DNA from: Leptonemataceae bacterium
GTDB taxonomy: Bacteria > Spirochaetota > Leptospiria > Leptospirales > Leptonemataceae
NCBI GenBank assembly: GCA_965227295.1
Contig: OZ245742.1
Location: 5,568,001 to 5,632,000, forward strand
Reading direction: 5' to 3'
Length of the DNA: 64,000 nt
Below are positions 30,219-39,258 of this stretch, piece by piece (position 1 is the stretch's first letter; every line of letters begins with the position of its first letter). A program made the translations under genes and the position numbers. The notes beneath the pieces were generated by a model. The model was not told the DNA's origin. It made no database searches and saw nothing but the letters and a program-made list of their open reading frames with translations.

Positions 30219-30674
30219 ATGAGTACTACAGGTTATGATCAAGCGGTCGTAAAGAAGACCGTCGAAATTCAGGCGCCGCCGGAGACGGTGTTCGAGTTCT
30301 TTCGTAAGCCGGAGTTGATGACGAAATGGATGGGCATCGAAGCCGAACTCGATCCGCAACCCGGCGGCATCTACCGGGTGCAAATGGCGACTAAAGACCG
30401 CGACGTCGCCCTCGGCAAGTATCTGGAAGTGGATCCGCCGCGACGGATCGTATTTTCCTTCGGCTGGGTCGGCGGAGAATTCGTGCCGCCGGAATCCACC
30501 CGGGTGGAGATCGATCTGGAGCCCTGCGAAAAGGGCACGCGCTTAACTCTCTCTCACTTTCTGTTACACGAAGCGCGACGCGACGCTCACAACAAGGGCT
30601 GGGACTATCACATGGACCGACTGGTTACCGCGGCCGAGGGTCGTGATCCGGGGCCGGACACGCTGGGTGGCTGA
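30219..30674 (+). CDS. SRPBCC / AHSA1-like domain protein
   Basis: IQAPPETVFEFF..PE.MTKW, DPQPGG.YR, PPRRIVFSFGW, HNKGWDYHMDRL. Confidence 0.88.
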   Translation: MSTTGYDQAVVKKTVEIQAPPETVFEFFRKPELMTKWMGIEAELDPQPGGIYRVQMATKDRDVALGKYLEVDPPRRIVFSFGWVGGEFVPPESTRVEIDLEPCEKGTRLTLSHFLLHEARRDAHNKGWDYHMDRLVTAAEGRDPGPDTLGG

Positions 30675-30734
30675 GTTCCCGAAACTCAACCACTCTTAGA
30701 TTTAGAGAAGGATAACTTACCACAGGAGACTCAA

Positions 30735-31373
30735 ATGAAACCGAAACTACACGCTCTGCCGGGCTCGCCGAACAGCCGGAAGGTCCTTGCACTCGTCAGA
30801 TACCTGGATCTCGAACCGGAACTGAACCTCATCGATCCTTCCACCGGCATTCACAAACAACCGGACTTTCTTGCGAAGAACCCCAACGGCCTCTTACCGC
30901 TGCTTGAGGTCGGCGACTTCTGCCTCTGGGAGTCCAACGCGATTCTCCAGTACATCGACGACACACACGGCAACCGACTGGGATCCACCGACGCCCGGGA
31001 ACGCGCCGAAATCTCGCGCTGGCAGTTCTGGGAGACGGCCCACTGGGGACCACAAACGGGTATCCTGACCTGGGAAAAACACTTGAAGCAGCTCTTTACC
31101 GGCGCACCGGCCGACCCCGCCCGAGTCGAAGAAGGCATCGAGGCGTATCATAAGATCGCTAAGGTCCTGGAATCGCATCTTAAGAACCGCGACTATGTCG
31201 CCTGCGATCGCCTGACCATCGCCGACTTTTCCGTGGCCGCGCCGCTGACTTATGCGAAAGAATCGGAACATCCCCTGGACGAGTACAAAAACATCGCCGC
31301 CTGGTTGGAGCGCGTGAATACCGTGCCGGCCTGGAGCGAAACCGCACCGCAGAAAATGTTTGCGACGGCATAA
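30735..31373 (+). CDS. Glutathione S-transferase family protein
   Basis: SPNSRKV, KNPNG.LP.L, LWESNAILQY, LTIADF; AGGAG RBS. Confidence 0.92.
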   Translation: MKPKLHALPGSPNSRKVLALVRYLDLEPELNLIDPSTGIHKQPDFLAKNPNGLLPLLEVGDFCLWESNAILQYIDDTHGNRLGSTDARERAEISRWQFWETAHWGPQTGILTWEKHLKQLFTGAPADPARVEEGIEAYHKIAKVLESHLKNRDYVACDRLTIADFSVAAPLTYAKESEHPLDEYKNIAAWLERVNTVPAWSETAPQKMFATA

Positions 31374-31430
31374 AACGTTCCCGGCGCAAAGTTCTTTACG
31401 ACCGGCCGGGCATGCGGATGATCGTATCCC

Positions 31431-31606
31431 ATGCGCTTCGGCCGGTCTTTTTATTTCTGCGCCGCCGTCCTTGCGCTGGCCGGCACCGGTCGCCGCGCAA
31501 GCGAAACCGGCGCCTCCCGATCTCGGGCGACGTGTACACCGGCACGCGCCTGCGAATCAACACGGACTACTATGCGTTTCTGATCAGCACGTCGTACTAT
31601 CTTTAA
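31431..31606 (+). pseudogene. Possible collapsed remnant of an exported / outer-membrane protein gene
   Basis: Signal-peptide-like MRFGRSFYFCAAVLALAG joined, out of frame, to a beta-strand-like C-terminus GTRLRINTDYYAFLISTSYYL*. Confidence 0.35.
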
Positions 31607-32922
31607 CCCCGCTCAATCAGCATCGACCCACCGACGCCGTCACCGGCGCACGAAGTAATCAGCACGCGCTGCGCGTTTGTATCTTCGGCGAGGTCCATGA
31701 CGGCGTTGATCACCAACCGCGCGCCGGTGGCTCCGAAGGGATGGCCGGCGGCAATCGAAGAACCGTTCGGGTTGATCTTCTTCGCGTCGAAGCGCGACTC
31801 CCAATCGAAGCCGGTCTCCTGGCGAATCTCCTCGAGCGCTCCGACGGCCGTGGCGGCAAAGGCTTCGTGAATTTCGATGTAATCGAGATCCTCGAAATTC
31901 AGGCCCAGCTCTTCCATGAGCGGCAGGGCCGAGCGTGATTGGCCGAGGCCCATGAGTTCCGGCGCGACACCGACCATCTTCCAGCCCCGCAACACGCCGG
32001 CAATACTCAGACCCAGCTCTTCGGCCTTCGCACGTCTCATCATTAAGAAACCGCCGGCGCCGTCGGAACGCGCGCTGCTGTTGAAGATGGACACGGTGGG
32101 ACCGTGGCTTTGCTCGAGAAACTTGCCGTACTGCGATTGGAAGTCTGCGAACTTCATGCCGGCGTTATCGAAGAGCAACATCGCGCGACCCATGCGATCG
32201 GGGTTTTCGATGAGGCCCTTGCGCAACTCGATGGCTTCGTCGACGACGAGCGGCTCATCGTCTTTACGATCCACGGCCATGACGTAATCTTTGTAGCGCC
32301 CTTCCTTGTGCGCATCGCTCATACGTTTGAAGCTTTCGTAAGCGACTTTATCGGTGGTCTCGCGTTTCAGCGCGAACTTCTGCGCCAGGATCTCCGCGGT
32401 CACGGCCATGCCCACGCTCACGTCCCGATCGCCCAGGCCGTCTTCCAGGCTGTCACGAATCTCCACGCCCTCCGGAAGATTGTCCGGCAACACCTTCGCG
32501 AGCTTCTCGACGGAGTTGGATTTCCCACTGGTGCGCGCGTTTTTTACAATGAAGGGAATGTGCGTCTGCGACTCCTGGCCGATCACCAGAAAGACGTCGC
32601 CTTCGCCGAGCGCAATGCGCCGCGCGGCCTCGGCCGTCGCTTCCAGCGCCGAAACGCAGTTGTTGGAGGCGATCACGGCGGTGGCCTCGTGGGGCAGGCC
32701 CATGCGTTCGCTGATCACCCGCGCCGGATTCAAATCTTGAGGCAGGGCCTCACCGACTACCACGCCGTCGATCTTGCTTTTGTCGAGCCCGGCCTTTTTT
32801 AACACGGCTTCGCCGACCTTTTGCCCGAGTTCCACGGACGTGAATTCCGCGAGCCCTTTGCCGATCTGCGCGAACGGCGTGCGCTGCGGCGCTACGATTA
32901 CAATGTCTTCTGTGAGTTTCAT
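31603..32922 (-). CDS. Thiolase (acetyl-CoA C-acyltransferase), HEAF-type
   Basis: RTPF, NNCVSA nucleophile Cys, IEIHEAFA, GHPFGATG, SCAGDGVG. Confidence 0.92.
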   Translation of the reverse strand: MKLTEDIVIVAPQRTPFAQIGKGLAEFTSVELGQKVGEAVLKKAGLDKSKIDGVVVGEALPQDLNPARVISERMGLPHEATAVIASNNCVSALEATAEAARRIALGEGDVFLVIGQESQTHIPFIVKNARTSGKSNSVEKLAKVLPDNLPEGVEIRDSLEDGLGDRDVSVGMAVTAEILAQKFALKRETTDKVAYESFKRMSDAHKEGRYKDYVMAVDRKDDEPLVVDEAIELRKGLIENPDRMGRAMLLFDNAGMKFADFQSQYGKFLEQSHGPTVSIFNSSARSDGAGGFLMMRRAKAEELGLSIAGVLRGWKMVGVAPELMGLGQSRSALPLMEELGLNFEDLDYIEIHEAFAATAVGALEEIRQETGFDWESRFDAKKINPNGSSIAAGHPFGATGARLVINAVMDLAEDTNAQRVLITSCAGDGVGGSMLIERG

Positions 32923-33037
32923 AACTTTTCCTTATGCCGGCACCAGCCGGTGCGTGCATATGCACGTATTTTTGAGACACTACAGAGTGTGTAGAGTTAC
33001 AGGGAAAATGCAGGGAAATTTGGGGCGGGAGTTATTT

Positions 33038-33145
33038 GGGGGGGAGCTCCGCTCCCCCTGGCTGCGAAGCGAATCGCCTGCGGCGACCGCGTCCGGGCTC
33101 GCGCTACGCGCGACCGGGCCACCCTCCGGGCAGCCCTGCCCGGCC
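33038..33145. repeat. GC-rich multi-hairpin REP-like element
   Basis: Consecutive short palindromes GGGGGAGC-tcc-GCTCCCCC, TCGCC-tgc-GGCGA, TCGCGC-tac-GCGCGA, CCGGGCAG-cc-CTGCCCGG. Confidence 0.55.
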
Positions 33146-33242
33146 GCTTTCACTTCTCCGCCACCCCCTCGGTTTGCAGAAAGTATTCCGGCAGAGAATT
33201 GTAAAGCGTTGACTGGTTCTGTTAATTTTCGTATTTCCGGTT

Positions 33243-35279
33243 ATGCGTTTCGGTTTCGCGATTCTTTTCTGCGCGTTCACGGCCTGCGGCGCGCCGGAGT
33301 TCGGGGACATCGAGTCGGTGGCTTATCTAAGAGACGGTAACCGATCGTTAACGTTTGAAGAAGTCCGCGAGCTGGAATTTACGAAGTCGGAGACGCCTTC
33401 ACCGACGTTCGGATATACGGATGACGTGATCTGGCTGCGGGTGAAGCTGCGAGACGGACTGGAGATCGGAGACGATTATTATCTGAACATTGCCTATCCG
33501 CATCTGGACGACATTCGATTATTTCAGTGGGACCTCAGCAGATGGCAGGTCAAGAGCACGGGGGACCAGTTATCTTTTGCGACACGGGAAATCGACAATG
33601 CAAACTTTTATCTACGGCTGATTGCCCCTTCGAATAAGCCCATATATGTGCGTGTCGAAAGTAGCGGTCCGAAAATCGTGCCTCTATCACTTCAGTCCGG
33701 TAGTGAGATTCCCGGGCAGGCCATGCGACGCTCCATGATCCTTGGTGCGGTTTTCGGCCTGCTTGCCATCATTGCCCTGTACAATCTGACTCTCTATATT
33801 TCGGTGAGAGATCCGAATTTCCTTTACTACGCCCTCTACGTTTCCCTGCTAACGGGCGCCTTCTTTTGCTTCGAACGGTTTGATTACCAGTTTATCTGGC
33901 GGGAACCGTCCACGATTTCAAATAGATCTTTCGCGATACTCGGGACGGCCGCATACTTTTGGGCTACACGTTTCGCCCGCCGATATCTCGACACACAAAA
34001 CAATTCACCGCTATTTCATCACGTACTCGGTGGCCTTTCTTACGTTCACCTCGCAGGTATTGTCCTTTTTTTATTCTACGAAAACTACGGGCTCCTCGCG
34101 CGTACGGTGAACGCATTCATACTCATTACGCTGCTTGTGATTATTACCGTATCAGTTCTTCTGACCGTGCGCGGTTCACGATCGGCCCGCTTCTTCATAG
34201 TAGCCTGGCCGATATTTATTGCAGGCAGCATATTGGGACTTTTTCGCTTCGAAGGAAGTGTCCCGGACACCTTTTTCACTCAATACGGGGTCTATATCGG
34301 CGCGATCATCGAAGTCGTCCTCATCTCTTTCGGCCTGGGCGATCGCATCAACCAAATGCGTCTGCAAACCGAACGCGCCCAGCGTGAAAGCCTCGAACTT
34401 CAACAAACGCTAACTCAATCTTACGCGCGCTTTGTACCAGAACAACTGCTCACCAGACTCGGCAAATCCACCATCCTCGACGTCCGCCTCGGCGACGCCG
34501 TGGAACGCGAGATGACGATCCTGTTCTCCGACATCCGTTCCTTTACGGTAATCTCCGAAACCATGACACCGCGCGAGAACTTCGAGTTCATCAATTCATT
34601 TCTACAGAACACAGGCCCCGTTATCCGCGAACAGGGCGGCTACATAGACAAATACATCGGCGACAGCATCATGGCGCTCTTCCCGGAATCACCAGAGCAT
34701 GCCCTGCTGTCCGCCGTGCAAATGCGACGATTGCTGAGCGCTTACAATGTACGCCGCAAGCACAATGGCTTCCGCGAAATCCAGATCGGCATCGGTATTA
34801 ATACCGGGCCTGTTATGCTCGGCATCGTCGGGGAGGAACAACGCCTCGAAGGAACAGTAATTGCCGATGCGGTAAATCTCGCCGCGCGGCTGGAAGGCCT
34901 TTGCAAACGCTACGGCGCAACAATCCTCATAAGTGAACAGACTCTCTTTCGGCTCCCTGAACCCGAAAATTACCACTATCGCATCCTCGACTATGTTCGC
35001 GTCAAAGGCAAGTCAGACACTGTCACCGTCGTGGAAGTCTTCGACGGCGATCCTCCTGAACTCTTCGGGCAAAAGAACCAGTCTCGCGTTAGCTTCGAAC
35101 GTGCCGTAACGCTCTTCGGCACGGGAGACTTTACTTCCGCGCGCGCACGTTTCGAAGATGTCCTGCGCAATTCTCCCGACGACCCCGCCGCGGCAATCTA
35201 CGCCGCCCGCGCCGCCGAATACGAACGCCACGGACCGCCGCCGAACTGGCAGGGCATCACGGACCTGGACCAGAAATAG
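33243..35279 (+). CDS. 7TMR-DISM sensor class III adenylate/guanylate cyclase
   Basis: Extracellular DISMED2-like region (FGYT..VIWLR, YPHLDDI), 7 TM helices, ILFSDIRSFT, IDKYIGDSIMALF, ADAVNLAARLEG, VRVKGK, TPR-like tail. Confidence 0.92.
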   Translation: MRFGFAILFCAFTACGAPEFGDIESVAYLRDGNRSLTFEEVRELEFTKSETPSPTFGYTDDVIWLRVKLRDGLEIGDDYYLNIAYPHLDDIRLFQWDLSRWQVKSTGDQLSFATREIDNANFYLRLIAPSNKPIYVRVESSGPKIVPLSLQSGSEIPGQAMRRSMILGAVFGLLAIIALYNLTLYISVRDPNFLYYALYVSLLTGAFFCFERFDYQFIWREPSTISNRSFAILGTAAYFWATRFARRYLDTQNNSPLFHHVLGGLSYVHLAGIVLFLFYENYGLLARTVNAFILITLLVIITVSVLLTVRGSRSARFFIVAWPIFIAGSILGLFRFEGSVPDTFFTQYGVYIGAIIEVVLISFGLGDRINQMRLQTERAQRESLELQQTLTQSYARFVPEQLLTRLGKSTILDVRLGDAVEREMTILFSDIRSFTVISETMTPRENFEFINSFLQNTGPVIREQGGYIDKYIGDSIMALFPESPEHALLSAVQMRRLLSAYNVRRKHNGFREIQIGIGINTGPVMLGIVGEEQRLEGTVIADAVNLAARLEGLCKRYGATILISEQTLFRLPEPENYHYRILDYVRVKGKSDTVTVVEVFDGDPPELFGQKNQSRVSFERAVTLFGTGDFTSARARFEDVLRNSPDDPAAAIYAARAAEYERHGPPPNWQGITDLDQK

Positions 35280-35360
35280 GGCCGCCGCCGAACTCGTGCA
35301 CAATCTTACGGAAACGCCCGGAAATCCTCCGCCCCACCCCGGGCGCGGCTGCCTTCATCG

Positions 35361-35389
35361 TTGACGCATGTCCCGGACGCGAATACTAA
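35361..35389 (+). promoter_or_regulatory. Candidate sigma70 promoter for the TIR operon
   Basis: TTGACG-N17-TACTAA, 65 bp upstream of the TIR ATG. Confidence 0.45.
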
Positions 35390-35453
35390 ACTTCACTAAG
35401 TTTCTCCGCGCGCACATTACGTAACAATACTCACGGCGCGCCGCATTTTCTGC

Positions 35454-35894
35454 ATGCCGGACAAGACGCATCTCATCTTCCTCAGCTACGCCCGGGCGGA
35501 CGCGGAAAGCGCCGAACGCCTGCACGCGTTCTTCCTGAGCAATCGTTTCGCCGACAGGAACGTGCGGCCCTGGCTCGACAGGCACGATCTCTTACCCGGT
35601 GAACGCTGGGACCAGGCCATCCGCACGGCGCTCCAGGCCGCGGCGTTCGTCGTCATTATCGTCTCGCAGGCGTCCGTCGATAAACGCGGCTATTTTCGCA
35701 GAGAAGTGCGCGCGGCCCTGGATCGCGGCGATGAGTTCCTGGACCGGGACATCTTCCTGATTCCGGTACGCATCGACGATGTGCCGCTGCCGGACGACCT
35801 CGCTGACTTCCAGTGCGTCGACCTGCGTCGCGACGACTGGCAGAACCGCCTGACCGCCGCCGTCAGAGCCGGCCTGGATCGCCGTAACTTATAA
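35454..35894 (+). CDS. Stand-alone TIR-domain protein
   Basis: IFLSYARAD, PWLD..DLLPGERW, FVVIIVSQAS, GYFRREV (putative catalytic Glu), FLIPVRID. Confidence 0.9.
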   Translation: MPDKTHLIFLSYARADAESAERLHAFFLSNRFADRNVRPWLDRHDLLPGERWDQAIRTALQAAAFVVIIVSQASVDKRGYFRREVRAALDRGDEFLDRDIFLIPVRIDDVPLPDDLADFQCVDLRRDDWQNRLTAAVRAGLDRRNL

Positions 35895-35906
35895 TGTTTT
35901 GCACCT

Positions 35907-38900
35907 ATGCCCGAGACTGCTGACAACCCGCGCGTGTATCTGTGTTATTCCCGGGAAGATTTTCCGGAAGTGGAACGCTGGTATCACGCCCTGGAATCCC
36001 AGGGATTTCAACCGTGGATGGAAGACCTCGACCTCGTTCCCGGCGAAGTTCGTAAGAGCGTCGTCGAGGACGCGGTGGCCACGGCGGACTTTTTTATCGT
36101 TTGCGTGAGTCGGCGCACTGGCGGCGAACGCGGACGGGTACAGCAAGAAATCAGCCAGGCCTTAGATACACTTCAATCATACTTAGAGAACGACATCTAC
36201 CTGATCCCGGCTTTGCTCGAAGAATGCGCCTTGCCCGAACGCCTGAAGGAGTTTCATCCGGTACGATTGTACCGTCCCGACGGCTTCGAGCGTTTGCTGC
36301 ATGCCTTGCGGACCGGGGTGGAACGGCGGAGGCGGGAACACCGGCAAGAACCGATGCTCGCGCCGCCTCCATCGAACGATCAAGATTCGGCCCCGCGCAT
36401 ACCGAGCGAAACCGATCTGTACCGGCTCCTCGGCCTGGCCTATCGCGGTTGGACCGAGGATCGTCCGGCAAGGACCGCGGCATGTATCCAGCAGGCGTTG
36501 TTGCTGCTCTTTCGTTTATGCTATCGCGATCACCACGGCGATGCGGCGGCGGCCTCGGTGGAAGGCGACGCCTTACTGGAATTCATTCGCACCCGCTTCG
36601 CGACGGAGGACCCGCGGTTACTGCGATTGGTGCAAAACATCGGCCGCGCGTGCCGGATGGCCGCCCACGATCTCGACGAAAACTCGGGCCGCAAACACGC
36701 GGGCAATCTTTTGACCGCGTTCACGGCGGCCTTCTTCTTCGTGCATCGCCGCATCCGCGGGCGTACGGACCCGGATCGCGAACAGCTCTTCCGTGCGTTC
36801 AGCCCGCCCGAGACGGACACTCCGGAAGACCACTTCGTTTTTCCGAAAGCTAAGTTTCATTTACCGACCGAGTCCCCGGATCGTTCCGGCGAGCCGGCGG
36901 AACGCCGAACCGTCGCCCTGCATCAGGCGGCCATCGACAATCCCGCCGCGCAGCAACTCAGTCCGCATCAGAAAGTACTCGTCAACGTCGCCTGCTTTCA
37001 GATGCGCAGCGGCCTGGAGATTCCGTTCATTCAAAGTGAGGTGCGCAACGAGGACGTGGAGATCGAATTTCTGACCGTACTCGCGAGTGTAACTGTCGTT
37101 GCTGCGAAGTTAGCGACTGCTCACACGGTCGTCTACATCGGCCCCGAACTTTCGGCCGATGCCTGGGGCCGCCGTTACCGGCTGACCACCAACGGCCGGG
37201 ATCAACTCGACGTCTTTGAAATCGCTCAGGAAGATCTTCCCGACGATCAATCCACGGCGCCGGAGAGCCGGGAGATCCTGCATCACGACATCGACGGCGA
37301 AACGTTTGCGAACTATCGTCACACGTGCAAAGAACGCACGGGTTTTTCCCAGAGCAACATCGTCCTGCTGAACGACGATCACGATCTGCTCCAGGCCCTG
37401 AGCTATCCCTTCGACGTCTGGCGTTTGTTCCTGCACCCGCGGCAACTTCAGGTTGTCGAACACCCGGCGCGTTTCCTGTTCGTGCAGGGCGGACCAGGCA
37501 CCGGTAAGACCGTGGTGCTCGCGCATCGTATGATGCGGATCGTAGAACGTCGAGAGCACGAGGGTGATGCGAACTTTAAGATTATCTTTCTATCATTTAC
37601 GGCTTCCGTTGCCGAAAACATGCGCCGCATGCTCGATAAACTCGGCGTGAACCTGGATCGCATCGTCATCGCGGACGTGCAGGCTTTCTTCGTGCGCAAG
37701 TCTCGCAAGGAACTCGTGCTCAACTGGGACCGCAGGCGCCGACAAATCATTCTGCACGAGGAGCTGCGATTTCCGGGGAAAAATGCGCCCGGGCAAGGAC
37801 GCCGCTACGTCGACTACATCGTTACGGACGTTTTCTTCGACGAGTTTCAGGACTTCCCCACGAAAGACGAGGACAACTACATCATCAAAATGATCCGCGC
37901 CGTAAAAGCGAGTCGCGCCACGCTCACCTGCACGTACGACGAACACCAGAGCATATATCACACCGAAACGGACTTAAAGTACTGGGACCGCCTGCTTGCG
38001 AACATCGAACACGTGCGTCTCGATTACTGTTATCGCATGGCGCGAGAAATATCCGAGATATCGAGCAAACATCGGCGCATCATGCTCGCTCACGCGCGGG
38101 ACATGCTCGCCCTCTCCGGCGGCGATCCGCCCGGCTACAGCGAACAACCGGCGCAACTCGCCTACGCCTTCACCGGCGGCACCGTGAGTCTCGTGCCCAC
38201 GGTGGGTCTGCGACAAATCACCGTGGCGAAGCGCATCGTAAGTACACTTCGCGAAGAGTTAGCGCGCGACACGGACAACCGCGCTCCGCGCCCCGTGCTG
38301 ACCGCGGGCACGTCGGACGTGGTGATCATTTTTTTTAATCCGGCCGATTACGGTCGCCAGTACGCCGGGAAGCTCAGCGAAGGCTGGTACGACAATCTCA
38401 AACGCGAGCTGAACGTGGAGATCTTCAATCCCTTCGCGGTCAAGGGCCTGGAGTTTCGTGCCGGGGTGGTCCTGTTTCCGCAGTACTGCTTCATGAAGTA
38501 CCGCCAGTACCTGCGCGACGGTGTGGATCTGCGCCGCCTCGACGAATTCTGCGCCGCGATCCTCGACTACCACGAACGGCACGTCCACGCGATTACGGAC
38601 GCGGGTTTTCGCAAGAGTACGGTGGATTACTTTCACGATTTGTTGTTTTTCTTAACTTCCCGGCCGTCACTCTCCCAGCGCCGCGAAGGCGAGGGTCTGC
38701 GCGAACTCACCGGGGTCTTACAGAACGCCGGCATCAGCGGCAACGATCTCGGCGTCGTCCACGAATTGTACCAACGCTATCTGTCGCATGAACTCAAGTC
38801 CTTGCTGGTGCGTTACGATCTTCCTTCCCGCGAATCGCCGACTGCCCCGCCGTTCGACCGGCCCATGTATCAAAAGCTGCGCGCACTCATCGCCGCGGAA

Positions 38901-39104
38901 ACCGCGAAAGTCCGCCGGCATACGCGGCTGCGACGTTCGAAACTGATCCACGGCGAGATCGATCGTTCGCTGCGGGACTTAAATGAATTTTATGTAGCAT
39001 TAACGCGCTTTCGCGAGCGAACGTTCCTGGTCTATGACCAAGAGTACGATCTGGCGCCCGTGATGCCCGGGGCCGAGGTGCTGGATGAGACGGAATTGCT
39101 GTAG
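35907..39104 (+). CDS. TIR-domain / UvrD-like superfamily 1 helicase fusion protein
   Basis: N-terminal TIR (VYLCYSRED, PWM..DLVPG, GRVQQEI, YLIPALLEEC). Helicase motifs FLHPRQ, GGPGTGKT, LSFT, DEFQD, YDEHQSIY, L..CYR, KGLEF, YVALTR. Confidence 0.88.
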   Translation: MPETADNPRVYLCYSREDFPEVERWYHALESQGFQPWMEDLDLVPGEVRKSVVEDAVATADFFIVCVSRRTGGERGRVQQEISQALDTLQSYLENDIYLIPALLEECALPERLKEFHPVRLYRPDGFERLLHALRTGVERRRREHRQEPMLAPPPSNDQDSAPRIPSETDLYRLLGLAYRGWTEDRPARTAACIQQALLLLFRLCYRDHHGDAAAASVEGDALLEFIRTRFATEDPRLLRLVQNIGRACRMAAHDLDENSGRKHAGNLLTAFTAAFFFVHRRIRGRTDPDREQLFRAFSPPETDTPEDHFVFPKAKFHLPTESPDRSGEPAERRTVALHQAAIDNPAAQQLSPHQKVLVNVACFQMRSGLEIPFIQSEVRNEDVEIEFLTVLASVTVVAAKLATAHTVVYIGPELSADAWGRRYRLTTNGRDQLDVFEIAQEDLPDDQSTAPESREILHHDIDGETFANYRHTCKERTGFSQSNIVLLNDDHDLLQALSYPFDVWRLFLHPRQLQVVEHPARFLFVQGGPGTGKTVVLAHRMMRIVERREHEGDANFKIIFLSFTASVAENMRRMLDKLGVNLDRIVIADVQAFFVRKSRKELVLNWDRRRRQIILHEELRFPGKNAPGQGRRYVDYIVTDVFFDEFQDFPTKDEDNYIIKMIRAVKASRATLTCTYDEHQSIYHTETDLKYWDRLLANIEHVRLDYCYRMAREISEISSKHRRIMLAHARDMLALSGGDPPGYSEQPAQLAYAFTGGTVSLVPTVGLRQITVAKRIVSTLREELARDTDNRAPRPVLTAGTSDVVIIFFNPADYGRQYAGKLSEGWYDNLKRELNVEIFNPFAVKGLEFRAGVVLFPQYCFMKYRQYLRDGVDLRRLDEFCAAILDYHERHVHAITDAGFRKSTVDYFHDLLFFLTSRPSLSQRREGEGLRELTGVLQNAGISGNDLGVVHELYQRYLSHELKSLLVRYDLPSRESPTAPPFDRPMYQKLRALIAAETAKVRRHTRLRRSKLIHGEIDRSLRDLNEFYVALTRFRERTFLVYDQEYDLAPVMPGAEVLDETELL

Positions 39105-39209
39105 ATTGTCGACGGGCGCCGGCCTTCGTCGGTCAGAGCATAGACCGTCACCGCGGCGGCCCAGGATCTCAAGCGCAACGGCCAACTCTAAATTGGCATT
39201 TCCAATTTA

Positions 39210-39238
39210 TTGCTTGTTTTTTCAAAGCAAGATATTAT
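39210..39238 (+). promoter_or_regulatory. Candidate sigma70 promoter with overlapping inverted repeat
   Basis: TTGCTT-N17-TATTAT; TTGCTT-N9-AAGCAA palindrome overlaps the -35 box; GGAGGA RBS follows. Confidence 0.55.
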
Positions 39239-39258
39239 ACCGGGCCTCCGGAGGAATC

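Noticed and set aside
33038..33145. tRNA gene
   Set aside because: No T-loop GTTCGA, D-loop or acceptor-stem geometry, despite the multiple hairpins.
33243..39104. Cyclase + TIR as a Pycsar/CBASS-like system
   Set aside because: The cyclase is an ordinary 7TMR-DISM sensory class III enzyme, separated by 174 bp and a candidate promoter. Neither TIR protein shows a cyclic-nucleotide-binding, STING or SAVED domain.
35454..39104. Canonical Thoeris or Gabija
   Set aside because: No SIR2/Macro/SLOG ThsA-like gene and no OLD/TOPRIM GajA-like gene is adjacent.
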